Below are positions 26,811 to 35,325 of a stretch of 59,935 bases of DNA, in pieces. The notes under the pieces were generated by a model, which did not search any database, was not told the origin of the DNA, and saw only the letters and a program-made list of their open reading frames with translations. The stretch covers positions 1 to 59,935 of the forward strand of contig JARKQH010000351.1 in NCBI GenBank assembly GCA_029974925.1. Direction: 5' to 3'. A program made the translations under genes and the position numbers. The stretch's first letter is position 1. Every line of letters starts with the position of its first letter. Source of the DNA: Verrucomicrobiota bacterium (GTDB lineage Bacteria; Verrucomicrobiota; Verrucomicrobiia; Limisphaerales; UBA8199).

Positions 26811-26843
26811 CGAGACCTCCGCATATAGGCAGCGGATGTCTCG
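26811..26843 (+). terminator. Hairpin after the last tail gene
   Basis: CGAGACCTCCGC (26811-26822) / GCGGATGTCTCG (26832-26843): 12-bp stem with one mismatch, 9-nt loop. Confidence 0.55.
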
Positions 26844-26867
26844 CGGTGCTTCGGCCAGGCCGCCGCA

Positions 26868-26940
26868 GACCCATCGCAGACCCATTCAGGCGCACGTTAC
26901 GACCCATTCACGCTACGCGCGCCTTTTTCCCCAGTTTTCA
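26868..26940. repeat. Putative prophage right end with transposase-binding repeats and terminal CA
   Basis: GACCCAT at 26868, GACCCATTCA at 26879 and 26901 (11- and 22-bp spacing); ...CAGTTTTCA ends at 26940 next to host coding sequence. Confidence 0.65.
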
Positions 26941-27390
26941 GTCCAATCCACCGCCGAGGCCAGGGACCATGCCCGGGCGGTCTATTGGATCACTCAGGTC
27001 CTGTTTGCCCTCTTGTTGATTGTCGCCGTGGTCATCGCGGTATTCGCGCTCATTGCCTCCATGGCCGGCGCGGTGCTCGAGCGGCGGCGCGAGGTCGGGG
27101 TGCTCAAGGCGTTGGGCTTGCGCCGCGGGGGATTGTTCAAGCTGTTTTTGCTCGAAGCCCTCGTGCTGACCCTTTCCGCCGGCATTGCCGGAGGGGTCGT
27201 GGGTTTCGCGCTGGCCTGGCTTTTTGTTTATCAAGCCACCGTCCTTATGGAAATTGCGGCTGCTTTTACCATGCCTTACCTCACGTTTGCCGCCACCCTC
27301 GTAATCAGCCTCCTGGCCGGCTTGCTGGCCTCCTACATCCCCACGCGGAGTCTCCTGCGCCAAACCGCGGCCGGGATTCTTCGCGGATGA
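26941..27390 (+). pseudogene. 3' remnant of an FtsX/MacB-type ABC permease interrupted by the prophage
   Basis: AVLERRREVGVLKALG FtsX motif plus three to four TM helices; the 5' part is replaced by phage-end sequence. Confidence 0.85.
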
Positions 27391-27592
27391 ACCGGCCCGC
27401 CCGGCTCACTCGGCGGCCGCCCGGCGGCCCCCGGCAAATTGAACGTTGCAGAGTTTTGAAGGTCTGCACTATATAGTAACCACGCAAATGCAGCCCAGCG
27501 CGCATGGTGGGGTCGGCGAACGCAGACCGTTGAAACCGGAGGGCGACCGCCCCGCCGGCCGGGGGCGACAGGTTCACTCCGTCGGGTTCGCC

Positions 27593-29785
27593 ATGTTCTC
27601 CTCAGGGTCAGCCGGTTCCCGGGCCGGCCGATTCCGGCTGCGAGCTCTTTCCGGCCTTTGGTGGCTTGCCGCGGCGTTAAGTCTCGCCTTGTTCCTGCCC
27701 GCGCGCGCGGCCATTCAATTCGATGCGTTTCTGGGCTACGACGGCATTGTGCCCGAGGCCTGCTGGTTCCCCGTGGTGTTCGAGATCAAGAACGACGGCC
27801 CGGGTTTCAACGCCACCGTCGAGTTGTCCCCGGGCAATCTCAACCAGGGCCAGACTTATCGCGTCAAGGTCGAGCTGCCCACCGGCACCCTCAAGCGGCT
27901 GGTGGTTCCCGTCTTTTCCAGCACGCGCGGTTTCGCCTCCTGGGATGCCCGCTTGCTCGATGACCGGGGCAAACTGCGCGCCGAACAGCCCGACTTGCGT
28001 CCCCGCCGCCAGATTGCCGCCGGCACCCCGTTGATTGGCGCTCTGTCCCGCACCGCCGGCGGCGCGCCCCAAATTCGCCCCATCCTCCCCCAAGTGGGCG
28101 AGTTGCAGCCCGGCTCCGCCCGTCTCTTGCCGGCCATTTTCCCGGACAACCCGCTCGTGCTCGAGGGGCTGGACGCCCTCTATTTGAACTCGGAACGCGC
28201 CACCGACCTGAATGTGAACCAGGTCCAGGCGCTGCTGGCGTGGTTGCACGCCGGCGGCCATCTCATTATTGCCGTCGAGCAGCCGTCGGACATTTCCTCC
28301 TCGCCCTGGCTGAAGGCAATCTTCCCCTGCGCTCTTCAAGGGATGAAGCCGTTGGAAAGTCATCCCGAACTGCAACGCTGGCTCAAGGAACCCTGGCCGG
28401 TGAACCCGGTGTATGCGGCCGTTCGCACCCACAGTCCTGGTCGTTCCTCCACGACAGCGGCCAACACCGAATCGCCTTTTGAAACCCTCCCGGACGATTT
28501 CGATTTCGAGCGAGCGCCCCTGCAGGTGGCGGTGGGCAAAGTCCGCGAAGGACGGGTTGCGTTGGCGTCGGGCGACGTCCCGTTGCTCGTGACCGCGTCC
28601 CGCGGCGCGGGACGGGTCACCGCGCTCCTGTTCAGCCCCGAGCGCGAGCCGGTGCGGTCGTGGAAGAATCTGCCGGTGTTCTGGGCGCGGCTGGCGGAGG
28701 TGCCCGGTTCCTGGTATGTTCTCTCGGATTTCAACCTGCAGGGCGGGTGGGGCACCGACGGCATTTTTGGCGCGATGCTCGACAGCCGGCAGGTGCACAA
28801 ACTGCCCCTGACCTGGCTGTTCTTGCTGCTGATCGTCTATTTGGCGGTGATCGGTCCGCTGGACCATTACTGGCTCAAGCGCATCGGCAAGCCGATGCTC
28901 ACCTGGATCACCTTCCCGTGCTACGTCGTGCTGTTTTCCCTCCTGATTTACCTCATCGGTTACAAACTCCGCGCCGGAGAATCCGAATGGAACGAATTGC
29001 AGGTGGTTGACCTGTTGGAAAAGACCGACGGCGCCGAATTGCGGGGCCGCACCTACGTGTCCATTTATTCGCCCTCGAACGAAAAGTACACCCTGGTCGG
29101 GCGCCAGCAAACGGCCACCTTGCGCGGCGAATTCCGCGGACTGTGGAGCGGCGGCCAGAACACGGAAAAAGTCCAGCTCACCCAGGCCGGCGAGACGTTT
29201 CAGGCCGAGGTGTTTGTCCCGGTCTGGACGAGCCAGTTGCTGGTCAGCGACTGGTGGCAATCCGCCACGCCGCCCGTTCGGATCACGGTGTCCCGCCAGT
29301 CTCCCGGCTGGACGTTGCGTGTGGACAACCGCACAGACGCAAAGCTCACCGACTGCCACCTGGCGTTCGGGGACCGGCTGATCCGCCTGGGCGAAGTCGG
29401 GCCGCGACAGGCGGCCTCCTTCCCCGTGCGTCCCGAAGCCGGCGTGGAATTGCGAAATTTCGTGCTGCAGCACGGCAGTCGCTTCCAGCAGGCGGTGCAG
29501 TCCCGCCAATATGCTTTCGGTGACGCCGAACGCGGGCGTTTGGACGATTTGCCCAACTCCGCCATGGGCGTGACCTTCCTGTCCTACCTCGCTCAGCCAC
29601 AACATCAGGCCGGCACCTTTGTCTCGCCGCCAGGCTTGGATTTGTCGCCGGTGCTGGCGCGCGAAGGCACGGCGGTGTTTCTGGCCTGGGCTTCAGACTA
29701 CACCCCCGTTCCGTCCCTGCGTCAGTTTACGCCCAAACGCGGCCAGCGTCACACCCTGTGGCGGGCGGTGGTCGAGATGCCATGA
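27593..29785 (+). CDS. Membrane/exported protein with glutamine-amidotransferase-like domain (ABC-associated)
   Basis: Signal ending PARA|A; LDALYLN...WLHAGGHLII GATase-like segment; two TMs (YLAVIGPLDHYWLK; WITFP). Confidence 0.75.
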   Translation: MFSSGSAGSRAGRFRLRALSGLWWLAAALSLALFLPARAAIQFDAFLGYDGIVPEACWFPVVFEIKNDGPGFNATVELSPGNLNQGQTYRVKVELPTGTLKRLVVPVFSSTRGFASWDARLLDDRGKLRAEQPDLRPRRQIAAGTPLIGALSRTAGGAPQIRPILPQVGELQPGSARLLPAIFPDNPLVLEGLDALYLNSERATDLNVNQVQALLAWLHAGGHLIIAVEQPSDISSSPWLKAIFPCALQGMKPLESHPELQRWLKEPWPVNPVYAAVRTHSPGRSSTTAANTESPFETLPDDFDFERAPLQVAVGKVREGRVALASGDVPLLVTASRGAGRVTALLFSPEREPVRSWKNLPVFWARLAEVPGSWYVLSDFNLQGGWGTDGIFGAMLDSRQVHKLPLTWLFLLLIVYLAVIGPLDHYWLKRIGKPMLTWITFPCYVVLFSLLIYLIGYKLRAGESEWNELQVVDLLEKTDGAELRGRTYVSIYSPSNEKYTLVGRQQTATLRGEFRGLWSGGQNTEKVQLTQAGETFQAEVFVPVWTSQLLVSDWWQSATPPVRITVSRQSPGWTLRVDNRTDAKLTDCHLAFGDRLIRLGEVGPRQAASFPVRPEAGVELRNFVLQHGSRFQQAVQSRQYAFGDAERGRLDDLPNSAMGVTFLSYLAQPQHQAGTFVSPPGLDLSPVLAREGTAVFLAWASDYTPVPSLRQFTPKRGQRHTLWRAVVEMP

Positions 29786-29888
29786 GCACCCGCAACCAAC
29801 CCATGCCCTCGCTGGAAGGCGTCCCCGCAAAGCCTCGCGGGGGGCCTCCCCAAGGCCTTGAATGGGCCGGCCCCGAGCTTTTCTGCGT

Positions 29889-30851
29889 ATGACTGAAGCC
29901 GCTCCTCCCCCTCTCCCCATTCCCGCCGTCCAAACCTTCGGCCTGAGCCGCATGTATGGCAGCATCGCCGCACTTCAGGGGCTGGACCTTACCGTCAACC
30001 AAGGCGACCTGTTTGGGTTTATCGGCTCGAACGGCGCCGGCAAAACCACCACCCTGCGCATTCTGGCCACGTTCCTCGCCCCCTCGGCGGGCAGCGCTCA
30101 GATTCTCGGCCATGATGTTGTGCGTGACGCGGACGCGGTGCGGCACGTGATTGGTTACATGCCGGACTTCTTTGGCGTGTACAAGGACATGGAAGTCACC
30201 GAGTACCTGGACTTTTTTGGGGCTTGCTACAAAATCCCGGCCGCCCAGCGGGAGAAAACCGTCAACGATGTCCTGGAATTGGTCGGGTTAAGCGAAAAGA
30301 AGGGCGCCTTGATTGGCGCGCTGAGCCGGGGGATGCAGCAGCGCCTGGGACTGGCGCGCGTGCTGATTCATGACCCCCAATTGCTGCTGCTGGATGAGCC
30401 GGCCAGCGGCCTGGACCCGCGGGCGCGTATTGAAATGATGGCGATTCTCCAGGAACTGCAGCGGTTGGGCAAAACCATCATCATCTCTTCTCATATCCTG
30501 AGCGAGCTTCAAACCCTGTGCAACCGGGTGGCCATCATCGAAAAGGGCCGGCTGATTTACAGCGGGCCCGTTCAGGGGGTGCGCGACCAAATGTCGCAAG
30601 GGCGGGTGATGTGGGTGCGCGTTTCCAGCGATCCGGCGCAGGCCTTGGAGTTGCTCCGGGCCCGCCCCGAAATCGCGGAGGTCACCGCCGCGGACGGCGA
30701 AATCAAAGTCACTCTGGCCAGTTTCGACACCGATCACAGCCTGGTCGCCGAGGTGCTGGTCAAGGGAGGCGCCAAACTCATCGAGTTGCGCGAGGATGAA
30801 ATCGGCCTTGAAGAAGTGTTCATGCGGGTGACTCGGGGTGAGACTCAGTGA
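29889..30851 (+). CDS. ABC-2 type transporter ATP-binding protein
   Basis: GSNGAGKTT Walker A, LSRGMQQR signature, LLLLDEP Walker B. Confidence 0.95.
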   Translation: MTEAAPPPLPIPAVQTFGLSRMYGSIAALQGLDLTVNQGDLFGFIGSNGAGKTTTLRILATFLAPSAGSAQILGHDVVRDADAVRHVIGYMPDFFGVYKDMEVTEYLDFFGACYKIPAAQREKTVNDVLELVGLSEKKGALIGALSRGMQQRLGLARVLIHDPQLLLLDEPASGLDPRARIEMMAILQELQRLGKTIIISSHILSELQTLCNRVAIIEKGRLIYSGPVQGVRDQMSQGRVMWVRVSSDPAQALELLRARPEIAEVTAADGEIKVTLASFDTDHSLVAEVLVKGGAKLIELREDEIGLEEVFMRVTRGETQ

Positions 30852-30863
30852 GTGTCCTGGAGA

Positions 30864-32267
30864 ATGATGATCGCGACCCACTTTATTCGATCCGCGGCGG
30901 CTCTGCTGGCGGCGGCGACGCTCGCCAGCCACGCAGCCGCCCCGCGTCCCAATTTGATTTTCATCCTCGCCGATGACCTGGCCCAGGGCGACCTCGGCTG
31001 TTACGGCCAGCGACTGATTCAGACCCCCAACCTGGACCGCATGGCCGCCGAGGGCATGCGGTTCACCCAGGCTTACTGCGGCACGTCGGTTTGCGCCCCC
31101 TCGCGCGCGTCCCTCCTCACGGGATTGCACACCGGCCACTGCCCCATCCGGGCCAATCGGGAAATCCAACCCGAAGGCCAGATGCCTCTGCCCGCGGGGA
31201 CAATGACCGTGGCGAAGTTGCTCAAGGAGGCCGGTTATGCCACCGCTTGCATCGGCAAATGGGGCATGGGCATGTTCGACACCACCGGCAGCCCCCTCAA
31301 GGTGGGCTTTGACTTCTTCTTCGGCTACAACTGCCAGCGCCACGCCCACAGTTATTTCCCCACCTACCTCTATCGCAACGATCAGCGCTTCGAGTTGCCC
31401 GGCAACGACGGCAAGGGCGTCGGCCGCACTTACGCGCAAAACCTGATTGCGGACGAAACCCTGGCCTGGGTGCGGGCGCATCGCGACCAGCCCTTCTTCC
31501 TCTTCTATGCCGTGACCCTCCCGCACGGCCGCCACGAGATTGATGACCTGGGCATTTACGCGGACAAACCCTGGACCCCGCTCCAGAAAACCTACGCCGC
31601 CCAGGTCACCCGCCTGGACTCGGATATCGGCCGCTTGCTGGCGCTGCTTCAGGAGTTGAACCTGGACCATCGCACCCTGGTCATCGTGTCGGGCGACAAT
31701 GGCTCTTCCTTTGCGCCCAACTCCGAAATCGGACGGCTCTTCAACCAGACGATGGGCGGTCGTTTGCGCGGCTACAAGCGTTCCCTGTACGAAGGGGGTT
31801 TGCGTCAGGCTTGCATCGCGCGCTGGCCCGGCGTGGTGCCCGCCGGGCGCGTGTGTGATCAGCCGTGGGCCTTTTGGGATTTCCTGCCCACGGCGGCCGA
31901 GCTGGCTGGCGCGCGCCTGCCCAAGGGGTTCAAGACCGATGGACTCTCCATTGTTTCGTTGCTCAAGGGTGGCAAAGCGCCCAAGCGCGACTATTTCTAT
32001 TGGGAGCTGCATGAAGCCCAGCCCGTCCAGGCCATCCGCTTCGGCAAATGGAAGACCGTCAAAAACGGGCCCAATGCGCCCTTGGAACTCTACAATCTCG
32101 AAACGGACATGGCCGAAAGCCGGAACCTGGCCCGGGCCGAGCCGCGGCTCGTGGCCCGAGCCGCGCGGCTTATGAAACAAGCCAGAGTGGACGATCCCAA
32201 CTGGCCCCTGACCGCCCTGGGACGAAGCGCGACGGGAAGCCCCCGCTCCGCCGTCCCGGCAAAATAA
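30864..32267 (+). CDS. Arylsulfatase (Cys-type)
   Basis: Signal peptide; ADDL; [11 protein letters not shown]; GKWGMG; SGDNG. Confidence 0.95.
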   Translation: MMIATHFIRSAAALLAAATLASHAAAPRPNLIFILADDLAQGDLGCYGQRLIQTPNLDRMAAEGMRFTQAYCGTSVCAPSRASLLTGLHTGHCPIRANREIQPEGQMPLPAGTMTVAKLLKEAGYATACIGKWGMGMFDTTGSPLKVGFDFFFGYNCQRHAHSYFPTYLYRNDQRFELPGNDGKGVGRTYAQNLIADETLAWVRAHRDQPFFLFYAVTLPHGRHEIDDLGIYADKPWTPLQKTYAAQVTRLDSDIGRLLALLQELNLDHRTLVIVSGDNGSSFAPNSEIGRLFNQTMGGRLRGYKRSLYEGGLRQACIARWPGVVPAGRVCDQPWAFWDFLPTAAELAGARLPKGFKTDGLSIVSLLKGGKAPKRDYFYWELHEAQPVQAIRFGKWKTVKNGPNAPLELYNLETDMAESRNLARAEPRLVARAARLMKQARVDDPNWPLTALGRSATGSPRSAVPAK

Positions 32268-32280
32268 TGCACGACACCTG

Positions 32281-33714
32281 ATGAAGTTGTTTCCCGCTGC
32301 CAAGGCTGTTCTGGCCACGCTGGCCTTCTGGATGGCCGGACTGGCCTGCCATTCGCCCGCCGAATCCCCGGCCGTCAAACCCAACATCTTGTGGCTCATC
32401 GCCGAGGATTTCGGACCCCACCTCGGCTGCTACGGCACCCGCGAAGTGACCACCCCGCACCTCGACCGCCTCGCGGCCGAGGGCGTGCGTTACACGCGCT
32501 TCTACACCACTGCGCCCGTGTGCTCGGCCAGTCGCAGCGCCTTCATGACCGGCCTGTACCAGACCACGCTGGGAGCCCACCATCATCGCTCGAATCGGGG
32601 CGTCAACTTTCCCCTCCCGCCCGGCGTGCGCGTGCTCACCGACTGGTTGCGCGACGCCGGTTACTTCACCGCCAACCTGACCAAGCTGCCGGACGCCATC
32701 GGATTTCGAGGCACCGGCAAGACGGACTGGAATTTCACTTATTCGGGCAACCCCTATGACTCCGCGGATTGGGAGGATTTGAAAACCCACCAGCCGTTTT
32801 TTGCGCAAATCAATTTCCACGAAACCCACCGCGACTTCAATGGCCGGCCGCTGGCGGACCCCGCCAAAGTCGAAATTCCCCCTTACTATCCTGATCACCC
32901 GGTCACGCGGAAGGATTGGGCCGCTTACCTGGACGCTGCTTCGGAGCTGGATCGAAAGATTGGGCGGGTCCTCGAGCAATTGGAGCGGGATGGCCTGGCC
33001 GACAGCACGGTCGTGGTCTTCTTCGGCGACAACGGCCAGGCACACGTCCGCGGCAAGCAGTTCTGCTACGAGTCCGGGCTCCAGGTGCCTCTCATTGTTC
33101 GGTGGCCCAAGGCGTTGCCCCGGCCCAAACATTGCGAGGCGGGCAAGGTGGACGCCCGCCTGTTGGAAGCCATAGACCTGGCGCCGACCATGCTGGCCCT
33201 GGCGGGCGCGCCGATCCCCGCAAAAATGCAGGGCCGGCCGTTTCTGGGCGACCGCGCGGCCGAGCCCAAGTCCTTCGTGTTTGGCGCGCGGGACCGTTGT
33301 GATGAAACGACCATGCGCATTCGCACCGTTCGAGACGAACGCTACCGCTACATCCGCAGCTTTACCCCGGAGGTTCCCCTCCTGGCGCCCAACAAATACA
33401 AGGAAACCCAATACCCCGTCTGGAACTTGATCAAGGAGCTCCATGCCCAGGGCAAACTCACGCCGGTCCAGGAAACGCTTTGCCAGCCCCGTCTGCCGGA
33501 CGAGGAACTCTACGACCTCGATCAGGACCCTTTCGAAATTCACAACCTGGCGCAATCCAGCCAGCCGGAAGCCCAGGCCGCGCTCAAGCGCCTGCGGGCC
33601 GCGCTTGAACAGTGGATCATTGACACCGATGACCAGGGCCGTTTTCCCGAAGCCAGCCGCAATGGCAATCCCAATTCCCGAAAAAGACCCGCAAACAAAC
33701 AGGCAAACTCGTGA
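32281..33714 (+). CDS. Sulfatase (sulfamidase-like)
   Basis: AEDFG; CSASRSAFMTG; FGDNG; LYDLDQDPFE. Confidence 0.92.
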   Translation: MKLFPAAKAVLATLAFWMAGLACHSPAESPAVKPNILWLIAEDFGPHLGCYGTREVTTPHLDRLAAEGVRYTRFYTTAPVCSASRSAFMTGLYQTTLGAHHHRSNRGVNFPLPPGVRVLTDWLRDAGYFTANLTKLPDAIGFRGTGKTDWNFTYSGNPYDSADWEDLKTHQPFFAQINFHETHRDFNGRPLADPAKVEIPPYYPDHPVTRKDWAAYLDAASELDRKIGRVLEQLERDGLADSTVVVFFGDNGQAHVRGKQFCYESGLQVPLIVRWPKALPRPKHCEAGKVDARLLEAIDLAPTMLALAGAPIPAKMQGRPFLGDRAAEPKSFVFGARDRCDETTMRIRTVRDERYRYIRSFTPEVPLLAPNKYKETQYPVWNLIKELHAQGKLTPVQETLCQPRLPDEELYDLDQDPFEIHNLAQSSQPEAQAALKRLRAALEQWIIDTDDQGRFPEASRNGNPNSRKRPANKQANS

Positions 33715-35252
33715 ACCTGACCTTCCCCGAACTCAGCCGGCAGACCTTGCTTGCGTTGGCAATCGCCGCCGTTTTCGCCCTGCCGGCCATCACCTCCTCC
33801 GCCAGCCCGCCGCCCAACATCATCCTGATCTATGGCGATGACATTGGCTACGGGGACTTTGGTTGTTACGGCGGGACCGGCGCGAAGACCCCGAACGTGG
33901 ATCGCCTGGCAAAGGAGGGGCTGCGCTTCACCAGCGCCTATGCCTCCTCCGCCACCTGCACTCCCTCGCGTTATTCCCTCCTGACCGGCCAATACGCCTT
34001 CCGAAAAAAGGGAACCGGGGTTCTGCCCGGCGACGCCGCCCTGATCATCGAACCGGGCCGCCCCACGCTGCCCTCAATCCTCAAACAGGCCGGCTACACC
34101 ACCGCGGTCGTCGGCAAATGGCATCTCGGCCTCGGAGAGGCCGGAAAACCGCTCGACTGGAACGCCGAAATCAAACCCGGCCCGCGGGAAATCGGCTTTG
34201 ATTACTCCTACATCATGGCGGCGACGGGCGACCGCGTGCCGTGCGTCTATGTCGAAAACCATCGGGTGGTCGGCTTGGTTTCCGACGATCCCATCCAGGT
34301 GAACTATCAGGAGGCCTTTCCCGGCGAACCCGACGGCGTCAAAGACCGCGCCACGCTCAAACTGGACTGGAGCCATGGGCACAACCAGGCCGTGATCAAC
34401 GGGATTGGCCGCATCGGCTACATGAAAGGCGGCAAGGCCGCGCTCTGGAAGGACGAAGACATGGCCGACGTCTTCACCAAACAGGCCCTGCAGTTTATCG
34501 AACGCGCCAAGACTCAGCGCTTTTTCCTCTATTTTGCCACTCACGACGTCCACGTTCCCCGGGTGCCCCATCCGCGGTTTGTCGGCAAAAGCAGCATGGG
34601 CCCTCGCGGCGATGCCCTGGTCCAGTTCGATTGGTGTGTGGGGGAAATCCTCAAAACGCTCGACCGCCTCAACCTCGCCGACCGCACGTTGGTTCTTCTT
34701 TCCAGCGATAACGGGCCGGTGTTGGACGACGGTTACAAGGACCAGGCCAACGAGAAGCTTGGCGACCACCGCCCCGCCGGGCCTCTCCGCGCCGGCAAAT
34801 ACAGCCTCTTTGAGGGCGGAACCCGCATGCCTTTCCTTGTCCGTTGGCCCGGCCGCGTCAAACCCGGCCAGTCGGACGCGCTCTTCTCCCAGGTGGATTT
34901 GCCCGCCACCCTCGGCGCCTTGGCGGCAGGCGGGGCCAATCCGGAGCTTTGGCCGGACAGCCGCAACCTGCTGCCCGCCTTGCTGGGGGACACTCCAACC
35001 GGCAGGGACCACGTCGTCGAGCACGCCAACCGTCTGGCCATCCGCCGCGGCAAATGGAAGTTCATCCCGCCCGGCCAAACCTCCGACCAACTCGGCCCGT
35101 GGCGCAAGGTTCAGATTGCCGAGCCGGGATTGTTGTTTGATTTGGACGCCGATCCCGGCGAAACCCGCGACCTGGCCGCAGCCCATCCCGAAGTGGTCAG
35201 TGAACTGAAAGCCCTCCTGGCTCAAATTCGCGACAGCGGTAGGACCCCCTAG
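33711..35252 (+). CDS. Arylsulfatase
   Basis: GTG start overlapping the previous stop; GDDIG; CTPSRYSLLTG; GKWHLG; SSDNG. Confidence 0.95.
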   Translation: MNLTFPELSRQTLLALAIAAVFALPAITSSASPPPNIILIYGDDIGYGDFGCYGGTGAKTPNVDRLAKEGLRFTSAYASSATCTPSRYSLLTGQYAFRKKGTGVLPGDAALIIEPGRPTLPSILKQAGYTTAVVGKWHLGLGEAGKPLDWNAEIKPGPREIGFDYSYIMAATGDRVPCVYVENHRVVGLVSDDPIQVNYQEAFPGEPDGVKDRATLKLDWSHGHNQAVINGIGRIGYMKGGKAALWKDEDMADVFTKQALQFIERAKTQRFFLYFATHDVHVPRVPHPRFVGKSSMGPRGDALVQFDWCVGEILKTLDRLNLADRTLVLLSSDNGPVLDDGYKDQANEKLGDHRPAGPLRAGKYSLFEGGTRMPFLVRWPGRVKPGQSDALFSQVDLPATLGALAAGGANPELWPDSRNLLPALLGDTPTGRDHVVEHANRLAIRRGKWKFIPPGQTSDQLGPWRKVQIAEPGLLFDLDADPGETRDLAAAHPEVVSELKALLAQIRDSGRTP

Positions 35253-35325
35253 CCGGGAGCGGGACGCCGCCACGGCTCCCCTCACAAGCAAAGCAACCGG
35301 GCCGCGCCCCCGCCCGCTGCCCGGC

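Larger units (their letters stand above)
1..26940. mobile_element. Mu-like transposable prophage, right part (left end outside window), siphovirus-type tail
   Basis: Mu-type gene set (DUF3486 TerS, gp28-like TerL, DUF935 portal, MuF, gpG, gpI protease, gp36, gp37), tail tube/chaperone/tape measure, end at ...CA abutting a truncated host permease, and an abrupt change in G/C strand skew. No transposase in the window, so transposable status is inferred. Confidence 0.9.

Noticed and set aside
26836-27390. Intact 184-aa membrane protein as given by the ORF track
   Set aside because: The first 35 codons are phage-end repeat sequence; better explained as a truncated permease fused by chance to an upstream ATG.
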